From Vicugna vicugna (lineage: Eukaryota), in assembly GCA_013265495.1 (NCBI GenBank), contig MU058444.1:2356001-2420000 (forward strand): DNA of 64,000 nt, given 5' to 3'. Position 1 is the first letter of the stretch; the number at the start of each line of letters is the position of its first letter. Made by a program: the position numbers and the translations under genes. This document shows positions 48,410 to 61,159 of this stretch, in pieces. The notes under the pieces are model-generated. The model had not been told where the DNA came from, did no database searches, and worked only from the letters and a program-made list of their open reading frames with translations.

Positions 48410-50040
48410 AGAGCTATAGGTAGATATTTGTCCATTTCATCTAAGTTGTCACATTTCTTGGCATAAAGTTATACAGAATATTCTCTTTCCTTTTAATGTC
48501 TGTGCGTTCTACAGTTATAACCTCTCTTCCAAGTGTCATGCCTGTGGTGTGTGCTTTTCTTGATCGATCAAGCTTGATGTTCATAAACTTCGTTGGTCTT
48601 TTCCAAAAGCAAACTTTGGCTTAGTTAATCTTCTCTATTGTATGTCTTTTCTCTATTTCATCAGTGTCTACTCTTATTTTTATTATTTCCTTCTTTCTAC
48701 TAATTTTGCATTTACTTTTCCTTTCTTATCCTATAGCTTCGTGGAGTTGAAAATTTGTTAGATTTTAGGCCTTTCTTCTTTTCAATATAAGCATGTAAAG
48801 CAATACGTTCTCCTCTGAGCACTGCTTTGGCTGCATCTCGTAATTCTGAGATGTTTTCACTTCCATTCAGTTCCAAATATTTTCTACTTTCTCTTATGGC
48901 TTCTTTTTTGATGAATTTTTTGGAGTATGTTATTTAATTTCCAAATATTTGAGGTTTTCCTAATGCTATTATTGTTACTGATTCCTAGTTTGACTGTGTT
49001 ATGATCAGAGAATATACTCTATATGATTTCAGTTCTTTAAAATGTATTGTGAACTGATTTACAGCCTAGAATGTAGTCTGTCACTGTGAATGAGTCATGT
49101 GTGTGTGCTGTTCTAGAAATATCAATTAGGTCAAGATAGTTGATAGGGTTATTAAGATCACTTACATCTTTACTGATTTTCTGTATGGATGTTCTATCTG
49201 TTGCTGAGAGAAAGACATTAAAATCATCAACTATGATTACAAAATTGTCCATATTTCACTTTAATTATGACAATGTTTACTCCATGCATTTTAAGCCTCT
49301 GTATTAGGTACATACACGTTTATGATGACATCTTCCTGAACAGTTAGTCTTTTTACTATTATGGAAAACCCCTCTTTCTCTCTGGTAACACTATCTGCCT
49401 TGACATCTATTTTACTTGAGATTAATATAGACACTTCAGTCTTCTGCTTATTGTGTACATCCTTTATGTTTTTCCATCCCTTCTCTATCAATCTATGTCT
49501 TTAAGTGCATCTCTTGTAAATAGCATACTATTTACACACTCTGATAATCTCCGTCTCTTAATTGGAGTGTTTAGCCCATTAATGTTTAGTATAATCATCA
49601 ATATGATTGGATTTAGGTCCACCATCTTATTATCATTTTCAGTCTATCCCCTCTGTTTTTTCCTCTTTTGTTCCTTTGTCCTTTTCTTTGGATCATTAGG
49701 GTATTTTTTAGAATTCAATTTGGGTTCATCTATTGGCTTTGCATTGTTTTTGTTCATTTCTCTGAGGATTAAAATATGCATCCTTAACTTTTCATTCTAC
49801 TTAGAGTTAATATTACCACTTCATATAAAATGTGGAAACCTTGCAATCATATGGGAAGTCCATTTACTCCCCTGTACTTTTCTACACTATAGTTGCCAAA
49901 CCTTGGTCATACATTACAAAACCCACAACACAACATTATAATTTGTGCTTTAAGCAATTATATATGTTTTAAAGAAATTAAGAGGAATAAAATTGTATTT
50001 TATATTTACTTTGGTATTTAGCATTCTGATGCTCTCAATT
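48410..50040 (-). mobile_element. Old L1 ORF2 endonuclease-region fragment
   Basis: T-rich antisense L1. Minus-strand ORFs give endonuclease-like remnants (VIIVDDFNVFLSATDRTSIQKISKDVSDLN; ILISSKIDVK). Confidence 0.8.
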
Positions 50041-51501
50041 CAAATTTATCACCACATTTCTTATAACTAAGTGAAAGAAAGACAACCAAAGCACACACAT
50101 TTAGCCTGCACCTGGCATGAATGCATAAAAATACACACTGAAATTGTCCCGGTCTTTTCTCTTAAGATCATGACAATTAATGCAATACCACTTGGCACCA
50201 ATTTGATTGTGAACAAAACATAAAATCAGGCACATAATACTGGTGACAAAGTCAATTTGTTACAAGATAATTCAGAATATACTTATGTTAATTTTTCAGA
50301 TTACATATTGAAATAAAAACATTAAATATTAAAACTTTTGTTCAAAGTTCTCACATCAAAGTATAAAAATCTTTCCAATAATAAATTCAAATGTCGTGAA
50401 ATATTTTCAGCTCATTTTAAAAAAGTGCCTGAATCTGCGTATTTTTGAAGTAAACACAGGATGCTAACTAAGGCACAACTGTGAGTATGTCTGAAATAAA
50501 AAATGAAAAGCATCTGTCTCTTTCCCTTTAAAAGTAAAAGAGGGATACTGGAATATTTGAAAGTCAGAATCCATGAGAACTGAGAGTTAAACTGACTTTA
50601 GAAAATGACAAGTATATTCACTTATTCCACAAACATGCACTGAGCATTATTCTGTACCAGACACTGAGCCAAAAACAAGGATTCAGATACTCATAGTCTT
50701 GTAGGAGGGACAAACAGAAAACCCAATTATTATGAGGAGGAGAGAGCTAAGAAAGTTTCCTGGAGACGACCTACGAACTGGGTTTGGAAGGAAGAGCAGG
50801 AGTCCGCCTTTTATGCCTGAATAATATTTGCTTTAGTTAGGGTTGGGTGGGCAAAGAGAGAAAAGGGAGACGGAGAAGGGAGTTCTTGGTTGGAAGTATC
50901 ATAGACAACAACAATAATCCTAAAAGGTCTGTTTGGAGAATTACAAGAAGTGAAGACAAATGGCTAGACTAGAATCATCACCAAGGTGTCAGTACCAGGA
51001 TCTCCCTGATGTCATATTAAGAAGGTGGAACTTCATTACCTGGAAGGAAGAGGAAGTCCACTGGGGGATTTTAAGTGGATCTAAGGGAAAGCATTTAAGA
51101 ATTTGAGGGGGTAAATATGGCTTCCCCAACCCTCTCTCCCTGCCCACCTCTATCACAGAAGCCCAGGAAAATAAAAGCTCATAGCCCAGGCTTCCCCTGC
51201 AGGGAGGGACGGCCTTGTGACAGTTCCGACCAGGGATGCGTAAGAAGAAATCTAACTGGAAAGGCTTCGGCCAAGATTTTGATTTCCTGATGAACATCCT
51301 TCCTTGGCTGGCTCTGCCCTTTCCCTCTCCTTCCTCCCTTGACTTTGGGCACACCGTCTGGAACAGTGCCAGCCATCCTGCAACCATGTGGGAAAGGCCG
51401 GGATTATCCCAATTACCCCAGCACTGACACACAAAAGCCTGCAGCATCTCTAGACTTCCTGCCGCCAGGGAATATTAATCCTGGTTATTAATAACCCATT
51501 T

Positions 51502-51647
51502 GGGGGGAAAGGTATAGATCAGTGGTAGACTGCGTGCTCGGCATGCAGGAGGTCCTGAGTTTAATCTGTAACACCTCCACTTAAACAAACAAACAATCCA
51601 AATTGCCTCCCTCATACCCCCTTAAAAAAAAAGCTAAAAAAAAAAAG
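51502..51647 (+). mobile_element. tRNA-derived SINE (Vic-1-like), diverged
   Basis: Head, tail and aacccat flanks. Confidence 0.8.
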
Positions 51648-51769
51648 ATAACAACCCATCTTTTGTTGGGATCACTTAAATCTGAATGCCTCTCTAATAG
51701 AAGTTTTAAGAATTAATTTGTATTTTAGAATGATCCTTATTAAACCAGCATGTATGGATTGGGGGTGGG

Positions 51770-52495
51770 GAGGCCGAGAGGTGTGCAGGTTGGAGGTGGG
51801 AGGCAGACGCGGAGAGACTGAAACAAGTATGGGGTTTCTTTGGGGGATAATGGAAATGTATTAAATTCTGTGATGAGATGTAGAGAAGGAACTAGTGGTT
51901 GCCAGTGGAGAGAGGGAAGAGGGAGGGGCAAGATGGAGGTGGAGGATTAAGAGGTACAAACTCTCAGGTATAAAATAAGCTACAAGAATGTATTGTACAT
52001 ACGGGAACACAGCCAATATTTTATAATAACTATAAGTGGAGCATAACCTTTAAAAACTGTGAATTACTATATTGCATACCTGTAACAGGTAATAATGTAC
52101 ATCAACTCTACTTCAATTAAAAAATATGATATTGTAAAATAAATATATAAATTTTTAAAAAATGGTAAAGATGGTAAAAAAAACTGGGATCACAGAATTT
52201 GACATTTTAACAGATATCTATGATGATAAACATGGAAGATTCAGTTTAAGTTCCAGATTAACTATGAATTAAGCAATTTTTGTTTTACTTGGTTAAAATC
52301 CTTCATTTCTTGGTATAGCTTCATACATAGTAACGATCTGAAAATGATCTCCTTTTTTCCAATAAATACTTTAATAAAAATAAATAAATAAATTCTGGGA
52401 TGGCTGCACGACCTTGCAAACGCACTAAAAATCACCGATTTGTGCACTGTAAATGGGGGAATGTATAGTGTGGCAATTCCACCTCAGTACAGCTG
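51770..52495 (+). mobile_element. L1 3'-end fragments (a younger one at about 51875-52125 within an older L1M end)
   Basis: ggattaagaggtacaaactctcaggtataaaataagctacaag; ggggtttctttgggggataatggaaatg..ggatggctgcacgaccttg. Confidence 0.65.
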
Positions 52496-54851
52496 TTTTA
52501 ATAATTAGGCACAAGGGAATACACTGGGACCATCAATATCTAAGTAGGAAGAGGGTCCGATGCAGGAAAAATGGGAGCTGTGGCCAGAAAACAAGGTGGG
52601 AGGTTGCTTCAAGAGGGGATTGGTGGCCAAGAAAGTCCAACACAAGCATAGGTCCATGAAGTTAAAGATGAAAAGGTCTGACGTAGCAATTTGGGACTCA
52701 CTGCTAAGCCAAAGGTGAGTGGCAGCAGCAGCAGCAGAAGCCAGATGATACTAAATTGAGGAATAAATGAGAAGCGAGGAATAGGAGGTAACAGATAAAG
52801 AACCTCTCTGGAAACTTTTCTTGCCAAGAGACGAGCTGGCGGTATGGGGAGGTGTGTGTTGTTTTCAGAAGGGCATGTGATGTTTACGTGTAAGGAAGAG
52901 GAGTCAGGAGAGAAGGAACAACAGACGGTAACGGAACAGCCCCCAAGAAACAGGAATGACAAGGAATTCACGGCATAAGCATAAAATATGAGTAGGGAGG
53001 ACACAGCAGTTTTTCACTGGGCTGGGAGGGAAGTTGAGGACGCCACTTAGCTTGCAGAGGCAAGAAGTTTAAGGTGCTACTACTTGATGGCACTGATGTC
53101 CTCTGTGAGTTGGGGAGAGAAGTCACCGGCTGTGGGCAGGGTGGGAGGCCTGAGCGTTTGAGGAGTACATAAACATTTAGAATAATTATTGTGGGCGGGG
53201 GATGCTCAAGGAAGAAGTTCAAGAGCAGGGACACATTTCAAACACTTTAAAAAACTGTAATATACGTCGTAGCTGATAAAAAATGACCTTGTACATAATG
53301 AATTGCCTGCAAATGTATTATGCTTTGCATTGGGATTTCTCATGACCACAAGGAACACACGAGCAGGTTGTCACAAATCCCTGGACATATGGTGCCTGCA
53401 GTCAAATATAACCAGTGATGCTTGAGCACTGGACCTGAAACACACAGTACCCTGAAAGCATGCGACTTCCAGCTGACCAGTAAGCCCAAAGCCGGTCGCT
53501 GTCCCAGCCTCTGCAGCCAAGGCCACAAATTTTCACTCTTCCTGACAGAGAAAAAAGAGTGATCAGGCTGTCTGGCCGTAGTTGTTAGAAAAGAAATCGA
53601 AAGGCAGTTCTTTGCTTCTCTTGAGAAGGCTCACAGCAGGTGCCCTCCTAAGGCATTCAAACAAAATAATATGTCAAAGCCTCTGTCAACTGTCAAGTGG
53701 TACACGAAAGTTATTTCTATTACAGCTGGCACCTCCTTATATTTCCAGTTCGATATTCCTTCGTGTGATCTCAAGAACCCTTTCTTCTAATCATACGGGT
53801 GTGTTCTGAGCTCTGAAAACAGGAGTGTATGTTCCTAAATTGATATCTATTCTCATGAGGTTCTGTTGGCCTGGAGGTTTGCTCTCAGCCCCTTTGTGTC
53901 TAGCCAGGTACTACTCAACCTGCATGCTACAGCATAAATATCACCTCCTCTTGGCAGGCTTCCCTGATCACAGCAGCTAGGAGCAATCGCATCATCAGAA
54001 TTATTCCAACCCTTCTGTACATGTGTTACTTGGTATTTATGCTAATTACATCTTTACCTTTACCTGCCTTAAGTTCCTAGAAGGCAGAAACCAAGTTTTC
54101 CAAGATGCCTTTTGAGCATGAAACCTGGCCTGCTACTCGAAGGGGCTTCAGAGATCATCTTCACGTTACCAGTGAGAACAGCCAGTCTGAGTCTCAGAGG
54201 CTGGGCCAAGGTCGCGCACTGAGTTAGTGGCGGAGCTGGAAGCCCAAGCCAGGATTTTGAACTCTTCTTCCTGTATTCATTTCATTAAGCCAGTACTTGC
54301 TATTAGCCTGGTTCTATTTTGTAACAGAAATCTTAGAAAGAGTCCTTCTTAAGTCCTAAGGTTAGACAAAGATTCAGACTTCTCTGAAAAAGCTTTTGTT
54401 TCAACTTTCATCTAGATTGGACTGAAAAGGCTTAGATGCATGGAAAAAAAAGAAAGTGAGTTTTTCCCTTTCTTCCTTTTCTTTTCTTTTGCTTTCAGCA
54501 TTCTGTTTTGTCGCCATGTAGCTGGAGTCAGGGTAAATGATCTGGCAGTGGTGACTCTGGTGAACAGGGTGAATTTGTCTTTTTCACAAACATACTGACT
54601 GTACTTGCACAGCACGGCCTCAGAGGCACCCATCACATCTGTGATTCATAGTTGGAAACCGCACAGCAGTTCAGTTACCGGAACAGAAGAAACTAGCAAC
54701 TATAAAATTTCAGCCCTGACACTGGGAGTGACCTAGAAGCAATTGCCAAGGGCAGGGGCTAGTCCTCAGACCTTCTGTTACACCTACTCTCTAATATCAC
54801 ACCTCACAAAGAATGAAAAACATAAATGTTTATTTTTAAAATAACTGAGGG

Positions 54852-55016
54852 AAGGGGGAGGGTATGGCTAAACGGTAGAGTGTATGCTTGGCATGCACAA
54901 GGTCCTGGGTTCAATCCCCACTACCTCCATTAAAAAATAATAATAAAAATAAGTAAATAAATCTAATTACCCCCCCAAAAAAAGAACACAAAAAAAATTT
55001 TTTTAAATAAAAAAGC
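54852..55016 (+). mobile_element. tRNA-derived SINE (Vic-1-like)
   Basis: TSD taaaataactgaggg at 54837-54851 and 55017-55031. Confidence 0.9.
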
Positions 55017-57246
55017 TAAAATAACTGAGGGGAACAAAATGAACACTACATCATGTGTAGAGTTCCACTTAAGACTGATTTAGTTAGTATAAACTAATTT
55101 AGACTTACAATGTAACTAACTCTAGGCAAAGAATTTATTTACAAAGGTAACCTAATTGTAAAAGACGGCAAAATAATAAACAATTATTTTCTCTAATCCA
55201 CTAAATTGGGTAATCCTTAATGAAAGATGCAATTTCTGTGAGAAGCTGTAAACTGTGGTTACTTTGCTGAGCATCCCTGGTTTGGTGCAGGGACTCTGGA
55301 AGTGTAGTGAGGCCGGGGTAGGGCAGGGCGGCATGGGGGTCTGTGTGGACCACCCTTTCACCCAGGATAACGTGGGTAACACTAGAAAAACCTAAAGGAC
55401 TTGCCTATTCAGTTTTGTAAGGAATGTCCACTAAAAATTCATTCAACTTCGCTTCTCTCCTTCATGGAGAATTTTGGGCATATGAGTCTCTGGGCTGTGA
55501 GGGACACAGTTAACCACCACCAGGCAAACAAACATAGCCAGGGAGCTCCTGTCTCACCGAGTCCTTATCTGGCTATGTGACTCTCTGGGAACTGCTTAAC
55601 TTAACTCCTTTGGTCCCTTTACCTGAAACAGGAAGTGAAGATATTCACTCAATCCTCACGGACACAAAACACACTCCTCCCTCCCCTCCTGTCCAACAAG
55701 GCTTCCCTTATCCCACTGGGCTGGTGAACAGGGATCAAGTACCACTGGTCCCTCCAGGCGTCCTCCAAGGGCAGTCTGTGTAATTGTCTTCAGCCTCCCG
55801 CAGCACTCCTGAGGCTCTCTCTTGTAATCTAATGGTACCTCAATTACCCATATTGCTTTCTGAAATTTCCTTAAAACCAGGACTGCCACTGCCTGACTTT
55901 ACCCCAGGAATCCAGGGTAACAGTTAAGCCTTGTGTAAAGTCACAGCGCCAAACATTATAAAAGGAAAAGCACATTTGTTAGAGACCCACAGACGTGGTT
56001 TCTAGACTGTGTCCCACATCAATGTGAAATAACTTCTCTTCATCAGCTGTGTACAAGGAGGTGTGTGTGTGTGTGACACAAGTACTTTATATTCAGACAC
56101 AAAGCACCTACTTCTCCCTCTCTGGACCTTTTTCTCTGTCTGTGGATTGGGGTTACACTGTTGAGCCTTTGCTGGGTGGATTAATTAATAATTTCACATT
56201 CTCATGTGCTATTATTAAAATGCAGAGAACTATTAAGTCCATCAAGATGAGTTTGCCAGTATGTGAAAATTAAAAGGGCTGTTGGTGGTTACGCCTCCCA
56301 AACATCACATAAATATTGCTATCATTTATTTCTAGCTCCAGGAGGAAGAAACTTAGATGAAGAAAGGTGTTTATGAAACACTTAGTGAGGAGTAAAAAGC
56401 TAGAACCCCTCACACGAGAGACGTGGCTTTTTTTTTCCTGCTGCAGAACTTCCCCAAAGCACCCGGGGTCCTGATGCCACGGATCCGCTCCCCCCACCAC
56501 CCCCAGCCAGGGAAGTATCTCTTTCACTACCTGGGAAGAAACATCCTGAAATCTCCTGTCCAACTGGACTCCCCCCAGACATCTGGATAGCAGAAGCAAT
56601 ACATTCCACCAAAAAAAAAAAAAAGAACCCAGCCAAGTGCTAACTGAACTTCTTCATGTGTTCCAGGACTTTCCCCAAGCTCCTTCACATTTCAAAATGA
56701 GTCAGCAGATCCCAAACCCATTCTCCTCACTTGACCACTAGAAAACTGCTGAAAGTGAATCATCTACTTACTGAGACTGGGATGGAGAATAGAATATTCA
56801 ATATGACTAGAAGTTGGGAGGAAAATCAAAACATTTTCTTTCATCCTTATTTTTGCAGCAGCTACTGCTAAAAGGCAACAAAAAGACTATCCATTATGCT
56901 GCACAAGTACTCATTTTTAATATGCTACAATCCAAAACATTCAGAGGTATTTCTCAAGGAGAAAATTCTGCAGGAAAGGGCATTTTGATGGAAACGAAGA
57001 AGAAAAAAAAAATCCGTTTTCCCTAGGGGGAAATGTTTTATTTGCAGTGAACACAAAACAGTGATGATATAGGACATTCTCAGGATTTTCTCTTATGAAA
57101 TAACATTCTTTGAGCAGCTTAACAAAGGAACTTGGGATAAAGGGGAACATGGGTGGCCTATCAACAAATTAAGCTAATACTGCATTTAATTTTCTGAGAA
57201 AAAAAGAATTCTAACCAAATCCATTTTGTTATAATCAGTGATTTAC

Positions 57247-57385
57247 ATTTTTTAAGTTTTTAAAAATATTTTATACATAGTTTTTTTTTTAACTCTCTGT
57301 TTTAAAGGAGGGACTGGGGATTGAACTCAGGACCTACGTGCATGCTAAGCATGCGCTCAACCACTGAGCTACAACCTTTCCCACC
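57247..57385 (-). mobile_element. tRNA-derived SINE (Vic-1-like)
   Basis: Family motifs; cagtgattt flanks. Confidence 0.85.
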
Positions 57386-58089
57386 CAGTGATTTCTGTTT
57401 CTGATGCAAAGTCTACGGCAATTTTTTTTAAAGTCTAGAAAGGTAAAATAAGAATTGGGATTCAGCAAATGTTGAGTTCTGAGCAATGTCCTGAGAATGT
57501 GCATTTTTCTTTTCTACCCAATACTGAGTTGTACTCACCCTGGTATGGGAACTGGCATTCCTCGAGGAATTTATGACAAATATTATTACGAGCCAATGAT
57601 TCAGCAGGCAGTGGGGATACAGCCCTAAACAAGAGAGATGTGGTCCATGCCCTCAAGGCGCTCACAGCAGAGCAGATGAGGTGAATACAAAGCACACACT
57701 GGATGTCAACCTGTCCCAGGAATCTGTGAAATGAGTTTCGACATTAAATAACCACTCCCAGCCTTTCTAACCAAATGCCAGTTCACGACAAGTGCTCAAC
57801 TCAGAGATAACTAAACAAGGCGTAGTTCTATCTCAGTCCTCTGTTTGGACTTCAGCTGACATGTTTGATGGCTCATCTAAGAACCCATAACAGGATTTTT
57901 ACTCTGGTTCTGTCATTTACATGTACTGGACTGATAACCTCTTTTTAAAATCAAAATCCTGAATTGTGATGTTCGCACCCAGACCATTGTTTATTTTTGT
58001 CACCTCTAAATGGGTTATTCTATTAAATGAATAGGTATTCAAAAAACATTGCTTCATAATAGACTTTATACTGTTTCCCATAAATTTGA

Positions 58090-58224
58090 TTTTCTTTTTT
58101 TGGGGGGGGAGAGTAATTAGGTTTATTTGGGGTTTATTTATTTTTTTTGGAGGTACTGGGGATTGAACCCAGGACTCTGTGCATGCTAAGCACGCGCTCT
58201 ACCACTGACCTACACCCTCCCCTC
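58090..58224 (-). mobile_element. tRNA-derived SINE (Vic-1-like)
   Basis: Family motifs; TSD ttcccataaatttga. Confidence 0.9.
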
Positions 58225-58419
58225 TTCCCATAAATTTGAATTAATTAATCTAATAAAGACTTTAAAATTTGCAAAGAGACCTTCTATTTTACACATTTTT
58301 AATTCTATTTTACAATATGTAATTATAGCTATCAAGTACTGAATACCTACTATGAACTAAGTGAAGTTTTTTTTAACATAACTACTTGTCAACCCTGCCC
58401 TCCCCTACAGCCCTACTCG

Positions 58420-58535
58420 GTACTACTGGTCCCATTTTCCAGATGAGAAACTGAGATGCTGAGGAGTTGAGTTTCCCAGCACCACACAGCTAGTTAGTGT
58501 AAAGCCAGGATGGAACCTCGGATTGTCTGACTGGT
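58420..58535 (-). mobile_element. MIR SINE
   Basis: cccattttccagatgagaaactgag..cacacagctagttagtg. Confidence 0.7.
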
Positions 58536-59525
58536 TACGTTACTATCTTCAGGGCCCTACGCTGAGCAGAGTTCTCATTCCCTGGGCCACATACAGAATT
58601 ATTCGTTGTGCAGCATTATAATGCTGTTAAAATAATGCAGGGAGAGCTTTCAAGCAACCAGGGTCCAAAAATACATCTCGGGTGCAATAACACATCGGAT
58701 TCACTAGTGAAATGAAATGTGAAATAACTTCTCAGGTAAATGGCGAGTAAATGGAGGGTGTCTCATCTGTGAAGTCTTTGCTAAGATGAGTAAACCACAC
58801 CAGCCTGGCTACCAGTAACCTCCTGGCTGTGTGAATCTCTCCCGAAAAGAGAGAAAGTCATCTCCCATCAAGTGGGGGCTGTCTTGGAAACTCAGAAACG
58901 CTGGGTCAGGGAGAGCTTGTGTTTCTCGTTTTGTTCTATTCTCCAGCCCAAACAGCCCTACAGCAGTTCCGCCCAATCACGGCAGCCAGGTCACCTGTTC
59001 ATGGAGGGATGGTCTGCGTTTGGAGAGTAAAGCCAGAAAAGATCACCACCACCGCCACTTGGCAAAAATCATCAGCTGTCCCCAGTAAAACATGGAGGGC
59101 TCTCTGGGTGAACAGGAGCCTAAAGTGAAATAAATGCATACGGATCAAATTGCTCTGCACTAACTCTCTAAAAGCTCCTGAGCCTCGTTGGATACGCAAC
59201 CACAGCCAGCTGACGGCACCCAGAAAGCTTCTATCGGTGCCTTACAGATGCCAAAGGACCCTGAGATCCACCCCCGAGGCTAATTTCCTAAGACCTGACC
59301 ACTTTCAGGGGCTGTCTTTCCCACTTTCTGGTACTGCACAAGAAACCTGCTAAAACCGTTTGCTGGGCACTCATGTTGGGGAGTCGCTTAAAAAGAAACG
59401 CGGCCCTTTCGGCTTGAGGGCATCGCCATTCAACGCCCTACTGGTTTCCTAACACGCATATGATTAATATTGTTACTCAGGAAAGAACTTCTTCTGACCT
59501 TGAGCGTGCGCGCTAAGTAAATTAC

Positions 59526-59560
59526 CTCAGAACGATAGTGGTGAGATCTCAGAACAGCAT
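59526..59560 (-). CDS. DST: Dystonin coding exon 2 (35 nt)
   Basis: Pyrimidine tract with cag acceptor and GAG|gtaat donor. Continues the exon 1 frame as DAVLRSHHYRSE; 181+35=216 nt restores phase 0. Absent from the ORF track. Confidence 0.93.
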
Positions 59561-60129
59561 CTGGGGAGAAAAAAAGAAGAACGAGACTTCATTTAACTCC
59601 TTGTTCATCACCTGCCGAGTCACCGATGACTCACCTAGGGGACAAGGGTCAAGAAGGGGCGTTCTAGACGCCTCGAAGGCAGTGGGGACACCCTGCCGGG
59701 CGGGGTGGTTACTAGGCCAGCGGTCTCTAGGTAATTCCTCCACGAGAAGTTTCAGGGAAAGTTCTAGGGGAGTTGGGGAGCCCTGGATCTCTATGCTTCA
59801 CTTTCGGACCCCACGCTCCAGCCCTGGGTGGGTGGAGGGAGACTGCCGCAGCCCGGACTCGGCTCCGATCCCCAGCAGGGCTTAAGCAAACTGACTCTAA
59901 GCATCTGCGTCCGTTTCTCCCCACCCGGCGCCCTACTCGTCGCGGCTACCCCAACCCCGGAGACGGAGGAGGGGGAGAGGGACGTCAGACACACAAACGC
60001 ACTCGGCTGGGGGAGCGCGCGGGGATGGGGTCTGGGCGGCAGCGCGGAAAGGAGCCAGCCGCGCTTCCCTCTCCAAATCGGCTTAAAGCTTCCTCCCGGC
60101 CCGAGGAAGCCCGTCGCGGCGTGTCTTAC

Positions 60130-60310
60130 CTCGGCTTCTTGAACGACCCGAAAAGACCGATTTCATCGGATGCCTCCCCTTCTGGAGCCTGCGGTGCCAG
60201 CAGCAGAAAAAGATGATGGTGGCGATGGTGCCCACCAGAAGCAACAAGAGGAAGAGGGCACATTGTATACTGTAGGGTCTCAGCAAGACGAGGAAAGCGG
60301 CGGCGATCAT
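60130..60310 (-). CDS. DST: Dystonin a2/b2 coding exon 1 (N-terminal transmembrane segment)
   Basis: ATG in good Kozak context (cgcaccATGA). Encodes MIAAAFLVLLRPYSIQCALFLLLLLVGTIATIIFFCCWHRRLQKGRHPMKSVFSGRSRSR, recognised as the BPAG1a2/b2 N-terminus. 181 nt, donor GAG|gtaaga. Confidence 0.96.
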
Positions 60311-60517
60311 GGTGCGGGCGAGGCGGGGGCGGCTGGCGGCGGGGCTGGAGGGCGGCGGCACAGGCACCCGCGCGGGGCGCACGCGGAGCGGCGGGCACGG
60401 GCGAGCGCGGCTCAGCGCGTCATGCCCGGCGCTCGCGGCCCCGCGCCCGGCCCAATAGCTGCGCACCCGCGCCCGCCGCGCTACAGGAGTGATCCCAGGC
60501 TGCGGGCAGCGCTGGCC

Positions 60518-60528
60518 ATGACTCAGCA
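60518..60528 (+). promoter_or_regulatory. ARE/MARE (NRF2/BACH1-sMAF, AP-1) motif near the DST start
   Basis: Exact ATGACTCAGCA. Confidence 0.55.
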
Positions 60529-60829
60529 GACGGCGACCCGGCAGGCACTTGGCGGCGGGGAGCCCTCCCCGCCCTCCGCAGGCGCCCCCGCCCCCGTCTG
60601 TACGCAGCCCCTGGGCGCAGCCCCGCCAGAGACGCGGCGGGCGGGGAGGGGCAGCGCTGCCGCCGCGGCGGCCACCTGGGCTCCACGCATCGTCCTGCGG
60701 CCACCGCCGGCCTCGGCATCCCCGAAGCCGGGAGCACGTGGGGCGGGGCGGGGCCGCGGCGGCCCGCGGCGGGCGGGAGTTGGGCGCCGCGGCGGGGGCT
60801 CGGCGGATGACATCACGGCCGGGCTGCGG

Positions 60830-61159
60830 CAGCGCGGGCGCGCGGACATGGCTGCGGCGGCTCCGGTGGCGGCCGCGGGCTGCGCCCGGGCCTGAGAGCC
60901 CAGCGCCCTCCCGCGGGGCAGCCCGCGGGGCCGCGCCGTCCCGGGGGTCACGGGCCGGGCGCCCCTCCGCTCCCGGAAACCCGGGTTGCCGCCTTTCCAG
61001 CCTCCCGTGGCCGATTGCTGGGGAGCCCGGCGACAGGGGGCGCCGCGGAGCCGGGGGGAAACTGTGAGGCGCTGGCGGGAGCCTGCAGGCGGTGCTGCCC
61101 CCCACCTCCCACCTCCCCGCGCCCCGCCCCGAGGCTGGGGCTCTGGAGGATGCAGCCGG
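60830..61159 (+). other. BEND6: Probable non-coding first exon of BEND6 (divergent from DST); start approximate
   Basis: Recalled mammalian synteny places BEND6 head-to-head with DST. Candidate donor CGG|gtgagc at 61159/61160. No BEND6 coding sequence recognised in the window. Confidence 0.5.

Noticed and set aside
11012..58224. tRNA-like sequences (tagctcagtggtagagc..ggttcaatcccc) as tRNA genes
   Set aside because: About 20 diverged copies with AT-rich tails and TSDs: these are SINEs.
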